From contig OZ219816.1 of NCBI GenBank assembly GCA_964291235.2, positions 992,001 through 1,056,000 of the forward strand: 64,000 nt of DNA, read 5' to 3'. How positions within the stretch are numbered: the stretch's first letter is position 1; each line of letters begins with the position of its first letter. Of the stretch, positions 19,043 through 28,302 are shown in pieces. This stretch comes from Vicinamibacteria bacterium. Its GTDB lineage: Bacteria; Acidobacteriota; Vicinamibacteria; Marinacidobacterales; Marinacidobacteraceae. The notes beneath the pieces were generated by a model. The model saw only the letters and a list, made by a program, of their open reading frames with translations. It searched no databases and was not told the DNA's origin. Made by a program: the position numbers and the translations under genes.

Positions 19043-20295
19043 CCCCCGCGGCTCCGGCCGGGGAACCGGGCCCCTCACCGGCGCTCCCGCCGCTGCTGCA
19101 AAACCTCACCCTCTTCGGGCGACTCCTGCGGGGGATCGGGCTTCCGGTCTCGACGGCGCGCATGCTGGACCTGGCGCAGGCGCTTTCCCTGATCGAGGTC
19201 TTCCGGCGCGAGGAATTCCACGCCGCCGCCCGGGCGCTGCTCATCCATCGGCGCGAGGATCTGGAACTCTTCGATGCCGCGTTCGCACTGTTTTGGGAGA
19301 CGCCTCCCGAGCGGTGGACGCGGGCGCGGCTTCCCGGAATGACGCTCCGGAAACAGCGCTCCCCCGTCACCCGGGCCACCTTTCGGCCGGCGGCGGCCAC
19401 GGGCGACGGTGATTCGGGTGAACAACCTCCCCACCCCTTCGCTCGCCGGACCTGGAGCGACCGCGAGTCCCTCGAGCACCGCGATTTTTCGGATCTCGAT
19501 GAGGAAGAGCTGCGGGAGGTCCGGGCGCTCATCCGGGACGCCGGCTGGCAGGCGGCCCGCCGCCGGGTCGTGCGTTTCCGGCCAGGCGGCAACCGGAACC
19601 TGGACCTTCGCCGTACGCTGCGGCACGGACTCCGGTCCGGCGGGGAATGGGTGCGGCTCGAGCGTCGGCGGCGCCGGGAGAAGCCGCGCCCGCTCATCGT
19701 GCTGGCCGACGTCAGTGGCTCCATGGAGCAGACCGCGCGCGTCCTCCTCCATTTCCTCTACGGGCTCTCCCACGGTTCGTCCGGGCGGGTGGAGGCGTTC
19801 GTCTTCGCCACCCGGCTCACTCGGATTACCCGCAAACTGTCGGACCGGCGGGTGGACCGCGCGCTCCGGGAGGCCTCGGAGGCGGTGCGCGACTGGTCCG
19901 GGGGAACCCGGATCGGGGAAGCGCTCCACCGCTTCAATCTGGAGTGGGCGCGGCGGCTTCCCACCTCCTCCGCGGTTGTGCTGCTGGTGAGCGACGGCTG
20001 GGACCGGGGTGACCCTGCGCTGGTGGCGTCGGAGATGGAGCGACTGCAGGGACTCGCCTGGCGGATTGTCTGGCTGAACCCCCTGCTTTCCGATGAGGGC
20101 TACGAGCCGCTCACGCGCGGTATGGCGGCGGCGCTGCCGCACATTCATGACTTCCTTCCGGTGAACAACCTGGCAAGCGTTCGCTCGCTGGCCGACCATC
20201 TGGCCGGGCTGGATCCCGTGGGGCGCGCGACGGCCCCGCGTCTTCGGTCCTTGCGCCGTTCGCTGGCCGCGACCCCGGCCCGGGCCGCACCCTAA
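19039..20295 (+). CDS. coxE: CoxE-like VWA protein
   Basis: DVSGSM, GGTRIG, SDGWDRG, WLNP; the stop TAA overlaps the MITE terminus. Confidence 0.9.
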   Translation: MTPAAPAGEPGPSPALPPLLQNLTLFGRLLRGIGLPVSTARMLDLAQALSLIEVFRREEFHAAARALLIHRREDLELFDAAFALFWETPPERWTRARLPGMTLRKQRSPVTRATFRPAAATGDGDSGEQPPHPFARRTWSDRESLEHRDFSDLDEEELREVRALIRDAGWQAARRRVVRFRPGGNRNLDLRRTLRHGLRSGGEWVRLERRRRREKPRPLIVLADVSGSMEQTARVLLHFLYGLSHGSSGRVEAFVFATRLTRITRKLSDRRVDRALREASEAVRDWSGGTRIGEALHRFNLEWARRLPTSSAVVLLVSDGWDRGDPALVASEMERLQGLAWRIVWLNPLLSDEGYEPLTRGMAAALPHIHDFLPVNNLASVRSLADHLAGLDPVGRATAPRLRSLRRSLAATPARAAP

Positions 20296-20477
20296 CAGCC
20301 TGTGGTAAAACCCACGCGGCGTTTGACCGGCGATCCATCCCGCCTGAACCACTCCGCTTCGCTTCGTTCTGCGTTGCGTTTCGGTCGAAATACACCCGGT
20401 ATTCCTCCCTCACGCGCCTTGTCAGCCGGGCGCCTCACCGGTCTCGGCGCTCACGCGAGTTTCACCACAGGCTGTTA
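20293..20477 (+). mobile_element. MITE family A, copy 2 (no 18-bp unit; serves as empty-site reference)
   Basis: TA-ACAGCCTGTGGTAAAAC...GTTTCACCACAGGCTGT-TA, located at the coxE stop codon. Confidence 0.85.
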
Positions 20478-20492
20478 ATCCCGGCAGGCCCC

Positions 20493-21506
20493 ATGCGCGA
20501 CATCGCTCCGGTTCTGGATTCCTGGCTCCGCGGAGAAGGTCCGCTCGCGCTCTCCACGGTCGTTCATACCTGGGGATCCGGGCCGCGCCGGCCGGGCGCC
20601 CGGATGACCATCGACAGCGCCGGTCGCATCGCCGGGTCCGTCAGCGGGGGCTGCGTGGAGTCGAGCGTGGTCCAGGCTGCCCGGGAAGTCATCGAAGGCG
20701 GCGAGCCGCGCCTCCTTCGCTTCGCGGTTTCGGATGAATTGGCTTGGGGTGTCGGTCTCGCCTGCGGCGGCTCGCTGTCGGTGTTCGTCGAGCGGGCGGA
20801 CCGGGAACGACTCCAGCGGGTACGCGAAGGGATGCGCCGCCGGCTTCCGGTCGCGCTGGCCGTGGTGACTTCGGGGCCCGGGCTCGGCGAAAGTCTCGTG
20901 ATGGTTCAGGATGCGGACGGTGTCGGTTCGCCCCAACTCCTCGAGGCGGCCGAGGCGGCCCTCGCCTCGGGACGCCCGCTGGCGACCGAGACCGCACTCG
21001 GTGCGGTGTTTTGCGATGTGATCCGGCCGCCGGAATCCCTGGTCATTGTCGGCGGCGTTCATATCGCCCAGGCGCTGTGTGATCTTGCCGCCCGGATCGG
21101 CTACCGCCCGGTGATCTGCGATCCGCGCCCGGTGTTCGCCTCTCCCGAGCGCTTTCCGGGAGTGGAACTGGTGAACGAGTGGCCCGGGGAAGGTTTCCGC
21201 CGGATCGGGCTCGACGCCGGCACCGCCGTCGCGACCCTGACCCACGACCCGAAGCTGGACGACCCGGCGCTCGCGCTGGCTCTTGAGAGCCCGGCCTTCT
21301 ATGTCGGGGCGCTCGGCAGCCGAAAGACGCACGAACGACGTCTCCACCGTCTTCGGGAACGCGGTGTTTCCGAAGCCGCGCTCGCGCGCATCGCGGCCCC
21401 CATCGGGCTGCCGATCGGCGCCCGCACGCCGGACCAGATCGCGCTCTCGGTCATGGCCGAGGTGGTGGCGGCGCGGAACGGCGCCCGCGGCAATCCGGCG
21501 GGATGA
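20493..21506 (+). CDS. xdhC: XdhC/CoxF-family molybdenum cofactor insertion chaperone
   Basis: GSVSGGCVE, GLACGG, THDPKLD, YVGALGS, PIGLPIGARTP. Confidence 0.9.
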   Translation: MRDIAPVLDSWLRGEGPLALSTVVHTWGSGPRRPGARMTIDSAGRIAGSVSGGCVESSVVQAAREVIEGGEPRLLRFAVSDELAWGVGLACGGSLSVFVERADRERLQRVREGMRRRLPVALAVVTSGPGLGESLVMVQDADGVGSPQLLEAAEAALASGRPLATETALGAVFCDVIRPPESLVIVGGVHIAQALCDLAARIGYRPVICDPRPVFASPERFPGVELVNEWPGEGFRRIGLDAGTAVATLTHDPKLDDPALALALESPAFYVGALGSRKTHERRLHRLRERGVSEAALARIAAPIGLPIGARTPDQIALSVMAEVVAARNGARGNPAG

Positions 21507-22231
21507 TCCCGGTCCTGGAACTCTCCGAGGTCGTCAGGCGCTACCCCCAGGCGGACGGGTCGGAACTGACGATCCTCGATACCGTCAGCCTCGCGATCGA
21601 CGAGGGGGAAACGGTGTCGGTGGCCGGCCGGTCGGGCAGCGGGAAGAGCACCTTGCTGCACATCGCGGCGGGCATCGAGACCCCGAGCGAAGGGACGGTG
21701 CGGCTCGGGGGACAGGACCTGTCCGGCCTGCGGGATCCGGAACGCAGCCGCCTGCGGGGCCGTTTCGTGGGCCTGGTCTTCCAGTTCTTCCATCTGGTGC
21801 CCTACCTCAGCGTCCTGGAGAATGTTCTGCTGCCGGCGCGCATCGCGGGCGTTCGGCAGGCGCCGGACGAGGAAGGGGTCGCTCGGAACGTGGACACCAT
21901 TGCCCGCCGGTTGTTGATGTCCGTCGGCCTCGAGAGCCGTGCTCGGGAGCCGGCGCGGCGCCTCTCCGGCGGGGAGATGCAGCGGACGGCCATCGCTCGC
22001 GCGCTGCTGCTGGGGCCGCCGCTACTGCTGGCCGATGAGCCGACCGGCAACCTCGACGCCCGGAGCGCGCAAACGGTCGCGGATCTTCTGTTCCGTCTGG
22101 CCCGCGAGCGTGGCGCGGGGCTTTTGCTCGCGACTCACGATCTCGAGCTTGCCGCCCGGGCCGACACGCGGCTGCGGCTCCGTGGAGGAAGGCTCTTCGC
22201 GGATCCGGCGCCCGCGCCGGCCACCGCGTGA
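21503..22231 (+). CDS. ABC transporter ATP-binding protein (LolD/AttE-like)
   Basis: GRSGSGKS, LSGGE, ADEPTGNLD, ATHD. Confidence 0.9.
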   Translation: MIPVLELSEVVRRYPQADGSELTILDTVSLAIDEGETVSVAGRSGSGKSTLLHIAAGIETPSEGTVRLGGQDLSGLRDPERSRLRGRFVGLVFQFFHLVPYLSVLENVLLPARIAGVRQAPDEEGVARNVDTIARRLLMSVGLESRAREPARRLSGGEMQRTAIARALLLGPPLLLADEPTGNLDARSAQTVADLLFRLARERGAGLLLATHDLELAARADTRLRLRGGRLFADPAPAPATA

Positions 22232-24798
22232 TCCGGCTGCTCCTTCGCGCCGCGCCGGCGCGCTTCCGCGCGGCCCCCGCGCTCGGCGCCCTCCCGGTCG
22301 TGGCCATCGCGCTGGGCGCCGGAGCGGTGCTGTCGGTACAGCTTCTCAACCAGGCGGCGCTCGAGACCCTCGACGCCGGTCTCGAGGTCATTTCCGGTGG
22401 CGCCGATCTCATCGTGACCGGGCTCGTGGAGGAAGCCGGAAGCGTTCCGGACGAGGCCTGGCCGGCCATCCTTGCTACCCCGGGCGTCCGGCGCGCCACG
22501 CCCGTGCTCCGGCTAGCTGGAATTCGGGTGGGAACCCTCGACCGGGAGACATCGGTCCCCGGATGGGGAGTGGACATCATTTCCGGATTCTTCGATTTCG
22601 CGGGCTCGGAGGAGCAGGAGGCGACTCTTGCCCCCGAGGTCTTCTTCTCCGGGGGCATCGTCCTTCCGGAGCGGATTGCGAATCGGCTCGGGGTCGGCAC
22701 GCTCGATCCGGTTTGGATCTCTCCTGACGGCGCGGGCGCCGAGGGCCGGCGTCCCACGTTGGTGGCGGGGACGTATCCGGGTGAGGACGGACGTGCGTCC
22801 GCCTTCCTGGACCTTGCGTACGCCCAGGCGCTCCGCGGACGGCCTGGCTTCGACCGAATCGAGGTGTCGGTGGCGGAGGGGTTCGAGGTCGAGACGATCC
22901 GGAGCGCGCTGTCCATCCGGATTTCCGGGACCAGGATCGAGGAGAGCGGAACCCTGCGGGCCGAAGGGGCGGAACTCTTCTCGGCGTTCCGGCTGAATCT
23001 CCTCGCACTTTCCGCGGTGAGCCTGCTGGTGGCCGCGTTCCTGGTGTACGCGAGCGTCCGAGCCGCGCTCGCCGCGCGCCGTCAGGAGATCGGCCTCTAC
23101 CGGGCACTCGGGGCATCGGGCCGGCGGGTGGGAGTGCTGCTCCTTGGCGAGGTGTTTCTGATGGCGCTCGTCGGCGCCGCACTCGGCATTCCGGTGGGCG
23201 CCCTGGCTGCCGGCGCCTCGCTGGATCGCGTCAGCGCGACGATCTCGAACCTCTATCTGCTGGAACGGATCGAGGGCCTGACGATCGATCCGCAGGTCGT
23301 GCTGTTGGCGGGGCTCGTCGCGGTGGCGGCAGCGCTTGGCGGTGCGGCGCCGCAGGTATTCGCGGAGGCGTCCCGCGCGCCGGTGACCCTGCTCGCCCCG
23401 GGACGTGCTTCGCTGTCTTTGGCGCGCCGCCGCTTCTGGCGCCTCGGGCCGCCGCTCGCCGGGACGGCGCTGATCGGAGTTGCCGCGTGGGCGGCTCTCG
23501 ATCCCGGGAGTTGGCCGGCACGGCTGGGCGGCGGTTTCGGCGCGGCCGGCGCGCTGCTCATTGGGGCCGCGCTCCTTCCGGACGCGGTCATCCGACTGGC
23601 GTCGGGTTTTCGGGCGGGACAAAACTCCGCGGTCGGGCGGGGGATCCTCGCCGCGCTCCGGGAGCCCGGCTCCACGGGGCCACCGGCGGCGGCGCTGGTG
23701 GTGGCGGTGACCATGCTGGTCGGGGTGAGCTCCCTGATCGGGAGTTTCCGGGCAACGCTCGACGGCTGGCTGGGCGAAACGCTGGCCGCCGACATCTACG
23801 TGTCGCGGGCAGGGGGAGCGGGCGGGGCGCGCTCGATCGCGTCTGAGCGACGGGCCCTCTCCGCCGAGGCGCTGGCGGCTACCGCCGCGGATCCGGACGT
23901 TCGGGACCGCGATCTGCTGCGGGCCCTCCGGATTCGACTCGAAGGGCGGCCGGTTGCCGTGTTGGGGGTGGATGCCGCCCTTCCCGTGGCCGGAGACCGC
24001 TTCTCCATTCTCGGAGGTCGGGAGGCGGCGCTTACGGGATTCGGAGTGGGCGAGGTGCTGGTGTCCGAGCCGCTGGCGCGGCGGCTGGGCATCGAGGCCG
24101 GAGCCGCGCTGTCTCTCCCTGGCGCGACGACCGAGCGCCCCCTACGGGTCGCCGGCGTCTATCGCGACTACGGAAACGAGCAGGGGGCGCTGTTCCTGGA
24201 CCGGAAACTCATGAATTCCCTCTACCCGCCGGAGCCCGGGGCGGCGGCGCCGGTCCACGGCGCCGCGCTGTACCTCCGCGAGGGGGCCGATCGAGCGGCG
24301 GCGGTCGCCCGGCTGGAACGGACGCTGGGACTGAGTGCGAATGTCGTTGACAACGCCACGCTCCGGGCGCGGGCGCTCGGAGTGTTCGACCAGACGATGG
24401 CGGTGACCGGACTCCTGCGCGTCTTCGCTCTGGTGATCGCGGCGCTTGGGGTGGGACTCTTCCTTTGGACCCTGGTGCGCGAGCGCGCCCCGGAAGTGGC
24501 GCTCCAGCGGGCGCTCGGGGCGAGTCGCGGACAGATCGCCTACGGCTTTTTGGGCCGGACGCTCGTGATCGTCGGAGTTTCGCTCCTGATCGGCGGCGGC
24601 GCGGGCGCCGTCCTCACCCTGTTGCTGGTGCAGGTCGTCAACCCGCTGTGGTTCGGCTGGACCCTGGCGCTCCATTGGCCGCTGGCAGGCCTGGCGGCGC
24701 AGGCGGCCGCGGTCGTGCTGGCGGGTCTTCTGGCCGCCGTTCTGCCTGCGCGGCTGGCCTCCCGTATGGATGCGACCGCCCTCCGCCAGGAAATCTGA
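22228..24798 (+). CDS. FtsX/MacB-like ABC permease (AttFG-like, duplicated)
   Basis: Two RRQEIG.YRALGA / RAPEVA.QRALGA permease motifs and multiple TM segments. Confidence 0.85.
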   Translation: MIRLLLRAAPARFRAAPALGALPVVAIALGAGAVLSVQLLNQAALETLDAGLEVISGGADLIVTGLVEEAGSVPDEAWPAILATPGVRRATPVLRLAGIRVGTLDRETSVPGWGVDIISGFFDFAGSEEQEATLAPEVFFSGGIVLPERIANRLGVGTLDPVWISPDGAGAEGRRPTLVAGTYPGEDGRASAFLDLAYAQALRGRPGFDRIEVSVAEGFEVETIRSALSIRISGTRIEESGTLRAEGAELFSAFRLNLLALSAVSLLVAAFLVYASVRAALAARRQEIGLYRALGASGRRVGVLLLGEVFLMALVGAALGIPVGALAAGASLDRVSATISNLYLLERIEGLTIDPQVVLLAGLVAVAAALGGAAPQVFAEASRAPVTLLAPGRASLSLARRRFWRLGPPLAGTALIGVAAWAALDPGSWPARLGGGFGAAGALLIGAALLPDAVIRLASGFRAGQNSAVGRGILAALREPGSTGPPAAALVVAVTMLVGVSSLIGSFRATLDGWLGETLAADIYVSRAGGAGGARSIASERRALSAEALAATAADPDVRDRDLLRALRIRLEGRPVAVLGVDAALPVAGDRFSILGGREAALTGFGVGEVLVSEPLARRLGIEAGAALSLPGATTERPLRVAGVYRDYGNEQGALFLDRKLMNSLYPPEPGAAAPVHGAALYLREGADRAAAVARLERTLGLSANVVDNATLRARALGVFDQTMAVTGLLRVFALVIAALGVGLFLWTLVRERAPEVALQRALGASRGQIAYGFLGRTLVIVGVSLLIGGGAGAVLTLLLVQVVNPLWFGWTLALHWPLAGLAAQAAAVVLAGLLAAVLPARLASRMDATALRQEI

Positions 24799-26792
24799 TG
24801 ATCCGTTCCGGTTGGCTGGCGCTCTCCCTTGCGCTCCTGGCTCCCGCGCCGATCACGGCGCAGGAATGGCAGCAGGCGGAACCGGGCTACCCCTGGGAGT
24901 TCCCGAACGATCACTGGGCTCACGTCGGCTACCGGACCGAGTGGTGGTACTTCGTTGGTTTCGCCGACACGGCGGATGCGTCCCGCCGCTTCGCCTGGCA
25001 GTTCACCCTGTTTCGGACCGGGCTGACGCTCGCGCCGCCGCCCGCCGCGCCCTCCCCGTGGGGTGTGGAGTACGTGGCGATGGGGCATGCCGCGCTGGCC
25101 GATCTGGAGGCCGGCGAGCGCGTCTTCACCCAGACCACGCATCGGGAGGCGCCTGGCCTGGCGCGCTTCGGGGTGTTTCCGGACCCGGAGATCGGATGGC
25201 TGCGCGGCCCGCCGGGCACGGTGGAGCCTTGGTCGCTGGTGTTCCGGGACGGAGCGTTCGAGTTCGTTGCCGCCGATGCCGAACGGGGGCTCCATCTGAA
25301 ACTCGCCGCCGTTCCGACCCGGGAGCCGCTGCTGCACGGCGAGGCCGGCCATTCGCCGAAATCGGAGGGCGGGGCGGCCAGCTTCTATTACAGCCAGCCC
25401 CGCCTCGCCCTGACGGGGTCCGTCGGGCTCGGCGATACGCGGGTCGAGGTCTCCGGCAGTGGGTGGATGGACCGCGAATTCGGATCGAGCTGGCTCAGTC
25501 CCGATCAGACCGGTTGGGACTGGTTCGGCCTGAACCTCGGTGACGGCCGGGATCTCATGCTCTACCTGCTGCGCCGCCGCGACGGGAGCCTTTCCTACGC
25601 CGACGGCAGTCTGCGCGATCCGGACTCGGAGGCGATCCGGAGAGTCGGTGCGGTGGAGGTCGAAGTCCTCGACACCTGGACTCCGCCCGATCTGGAATCG
25701 GACCCGGGAACTTCGCGTCCCTATCCGGCCGGGTGGCGCCTCCGGTTCCCCGGCGAAGATCTCGACCTGATCGTCCGGCCCCTTCTCGACAACCAGGAAA
25801 ACCGCCGGCCGCCCGGTAGTTCCGGGCCGGACATCCCGTACTGGGAGGGGGCGGTCACGATCGAAGCCGCCGACGGCGCCCCCTGCGGACGCGGTTTCGT
25901 GGAACTCACCGGTTACCGGTCGGACGTGGCTGTCGGCGGGCTCTCCCCGGATACAATCGGAAGCTCATCCAACGCCCGGCAGAGGAGGCAAGACAGCATG
26001 ATGGACGGCCTGATGGACGGCATAACGTTCGTATTCCGCTGGCTCCACATTTTTGTGGGGATCATCTGGATCGGCCACCTCTACTTCTTCAACTTCGTGA
26101 ACGGTCAGATGACCGCGAAGCTTGATGGAGCCACGAAGCAGAAGGTGGTGCCCGAGCTGATGCCCCGCGCCCTCTACTGGTTCCGTTGGGGCGCCGCCTG
26201 GACCTGGATCACCGGCGTGGTGTTGCTGCTGCTGGTCTTCTACCACGGCGGCCAGACCCTCGCGACGAACGCCGTATGGAGCGGTGGAGCGCTGCTCATG
26301 GTCGCGATCACCTTCCTGGCGGTCTTCGTGTACGACGCGTTGTGGAAGAGCGGGCTCAAGTCCAATGTGCGGGCTGCCACGATTGTTTCCTTCTTGCTGC
26401 TCAGCGTAGCCGTGGCTCTCTTCCACTATGTCGGGCACTTTTCGTTCCGGGGCTTACTCATCCACACCGGTGCCATGTTCGGAACCATGATGGCCTTCAA
26501 CGTCTGGTTCCGGATCTGGCCGGCCCAGCAGCGGATCATCGCCGCGGTCAAGGCTGGCGAAGCCCCGGCCGCCGCCGACCCGGCGCTCGCCGGCTTGCGC
26601 TCCAAGCACAACACCTACATGTCGCTGCCGCTCCTTTGGGCGATGGCGAATGAGCACGCCGTTGTTTTCTCCGGTGGGAACTTCGGGATTCCGGGCGATT
26701 TGTACTGGGTGGCCTGGCTGGTGATCGTGGCGATCGCCTGGCATGTGATCTTCCAGTGCTACCGGATCGCCGGCCGCGTCTCCGGCATGTAG
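24798..26792 (+). CDS. AttH/CrtC-like lipocalin-domain protein running in frame into a PuuD-like (urate hydroxylase N-terminal) membrane domain
   Basis: FP.DH..H..YRTEWWY, YYSQPRL, WMDREFGS, GWDWF, YWEG, VELTGY; no stop codon before RWLHIFVGIIWIGHLYFFNF. Confidence 0.75.
   Translation: MIRSGWLALSLALLAPAPITAQEWQQAEPGYPWEFPNDHWAHVGYRTEWWYFVGFADTADASRRFAWQFTLFRTGLTLAPPPAAPSPWGVEYVAMGHAALADLEAGERVFTQTTHREAPGLARFGVFPDPEIGWLRGPPGTVEPWSLVFRDGAFEFVAADAERGLHLKLAAVPTREPLLHGEAGHSPKSEGGAASFYYSQPRLALTGSVGLGDTRVEVSGSGWMDREFGSSWLSPDQTGWDWFGLNLGDGRDLMLYLLRRRDGSLSYADGSLRDPDSEAIRRVGAVEVEVLDTWTPPDLESDPGTSRPYPAGWRLRFPGEDLDLIVRPLLDNQENRRPPGSSGPDIPYWEGAVTIEAADGAPCGRGFVELTGYRSDVAVGGLSPDTIGSSSNARQRRQDSMMDGLMDGITFVFRWLHIFVGIIWIGHLYFFNFVNGQMTAKLDGATKQKVVPELMPRALYWFRWGAAWTWITGVVLLLLVFYHGGQTLATNAVWSGGALLMVAITFLAVFVYDALWKSGLKSNVRAATIVSFLLLSVAVALFHYVGHFSFRGLLIHTGAMFGTMMAFNVWFRIWPAQQRIIAAVKAGEAPAAADPALAGLRSKHNTYMSLPLLWAMANEHAVVFSGGNFGIPGDLYWVAWLVIVAIAWHVIFQCYRIAGRVSGM
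25998..26792 (+). CDS. PuuD-like (Urate_ox_N) membrane protein, probable independent internal start
   Basis: GAGGAGG RBS before ATG 25998; WFRWGA..TW.TG, NVWF.IWP.Q, RSKHNTY.SLP motifs; no cytochrome c CxxCH. Confidence 0.7.
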   Translation: MMDGLMDGITFVFRWLHIFVGIIWIGHLYFFNFVNGQMTAKLDGATKQKVVPELMPRALYWFRWGAAWTWITGVVLLLLVFYHGGQTLATNAVWSGGALLMVAITFLAVFVYDALWKSGLKSNVRAATIVSFLLLSVAVALFHYVGHFSFRGLLIHTGAMFGTMMAFNVWFRIWPAQQRIIAAVKAGEAPAAADPALAGLRSKHNTYMSLPLLWAMANEHAVVFSGGNFGIPGDLYWVAWLVIVAIAWHVIFQCYRIAGRVSGM

Positions 26793-26855
26793 TGGGGAGC
26801 GCCCCGGTCGCCTGTCGCAGGATCGTCACGAGTCGGTAGGGGACCCGTCGCGGCC

Positions 26856-27866
26856 TTGCGAGTGACCGCTGCGGGACCGGTCTTCGGTGCACGGACCGCT
26901 CACCGAACCGTCGTGCTCCGGCTTTGCCTCGCGGCCTTGGCGGGAGGCTGCAATACGTCCACCGACGAAGCTGTCTTCCCGAGCCGCGCCATCGAGATCG
27001 TCTCGTGGGCGACTCCGGGCGGCCCGAGTGATCTGCTGGCGCGAGCGCTTGCAGAGGCGGCCCCGGAGAATTTCGACGGGCAGCGAGTCACGGTCATGAC
27101 CCGGCAGGGGGGCGCCGGGGCGGCGGGGATGCAATATCTCAGGAGCCGCGCCGGGGATCCGCACGTGCTCGGGGTGTTCACGGCGAGCGGAACCGTGAAC
27201 ATGGCGACCGGCCGGATTCCTTTCGCTCCCGGCGACTTCACCCCGATCCTCAGGATCCAGGTGGACCCGTTCCTGGTCGCGGTACGAGAGGACAGTGCTC
27301 TCGAGACGCTGGAAGACCTCTTCGAGGCAGCCCGGAGGGAACCGGGAGCGATCTCGATGTCCGGCTTCGGGGCTGCTTCCGCACACTTCCTCGGCTTCCA
27401 GCGGCTGCGGTCCGCGGCCGGCGACCCCGACATCCGCTGGATCGCCTACGAGGGTTCCGGTGACGCCGTGGTTGCCGCGCTCGGGGGCCACACCGATGCG
27501 GTGCACACCAACTACAACATCGTGCGCGAACACCTGCGCGCGGGGACGATGCGGGTGCTGGCGGTGGCGCTGCCGCTTACCGCGCTTCGCGATACCCCCA
27601 CCTACCTCGAGTCGGGGTACGACCTGGCGCCCGTTCACTGGCGCGGGGTGGTGGCCCCCCCCGGACTGTCCCCCGAGGTTCGCGCCGACTTGCGGGCGCG
27701 GCTTCTCGCCGCCATCCGGGCGGCGGGTTTTCAGGAGTACATGGCGCGGGCGGCGATGGAATACGCGGTGATGGACGACTCGGACGCCTTCGGGGACTGG
27801 ATTACCGAGGAGGTCGAAACCAGCCGGGCGTTGCTTGCACGGCTCGGACTGCTCGTGAATGAGTGA
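26856..27866 (+). CDS. tctC: Tripartite tricarboxylate transporter substrate-binding lipoprotein (Bug/TctC)
   Basis: FPSRAIEIV...PGG.SD, GGAGAAG, YEGSG.AV.A.LGGH; lipobox LAGG-C; start uncertain. Confidence 0.85.
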   Translation: MRVTAAGPVFGARTAHRTVVLRLCLAALAGGCNTSTDEAVFPSRAIEIVSWATPGGPSDLLARALAEAAPENFDGQRVTVMTRQGGAGAAGMQYLRSRAGDPHVLGVFTASGTVNMATGRIPFAPGDFTPILRIQVDPFLVAVREDSALETLEDLFEAARREPGAISMSGFGAASAHFLGFQRLRSAAGDPDIRWIAYEGSGDAVVAALGGHTDAVHTNYNIVREHLRAGTMRVLAVALPLTALRDTPTYLESGYDLAPVHWRGVVAPPGLSPEVRADLRARLLAAIRAAGFQEYMARAAMEYAVMDDSDAFGDWITEEVETSRALLARLGLLVNE

Positions 27867-28302
27867 CGGCGGCCGGCGTCCCGTCTCCCTGGTAGAGGCC
27901 GGACTCTTCGCCCTCATCGGAGCGGGTGTCTGGTTGGATTCCCGGGGTTATCCGGCCCCGCTTCTGGAAGGGGTGCCGGGGCCGGCCTTTTTCCCCGGGC
28001 TGGTGGCCGTTTCCCTGATCGGGTGCGCCGCGGTCCTGGCGCTTCGTCCGGTGCGCCAGCCGGCAGCTGTCAGGGCGGGCGGAGGCTGGACGCTCCGGGT
28101 ACTGGGAGCGACGGGCTGGACCGTGGCTTTCCTCCTCACGCTTCCGCTGATCGGACACCTTGCCGCGCTTCCGCCGCTGGTCGGCGGACTCATGTGGCTC
28201 TCGGGAGAGAGGTCGCCATGGGTGCTGGTCGGTCTCTCCCTTGTCTTCGCGGGCTTTGTCCACCTCCTCTTCGTCGTCATCCTGGGGGTCCCCTTGCCGT
28301 GA
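27859..28302 (+). CDS. tctB: TctB small membrane subunit
   Basis: GPAFFP motif, about 4 TM segments, C-terminal LF...LGVPLP. Confidence 0.82.
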   Translation: MSDGGRRPVSLVEAGLFALIGAGVWLDSRGYPAPLLEGVPGPAFFPGLVAVSLIGCAAVLALRPVRQPAAVRAGGGWTLRVLGATGWTVAFLLTLPLIGHLAALPPLVGGLMWLSGERSPWVLVGLSLVFAGFVHLLFVVILGVPLP

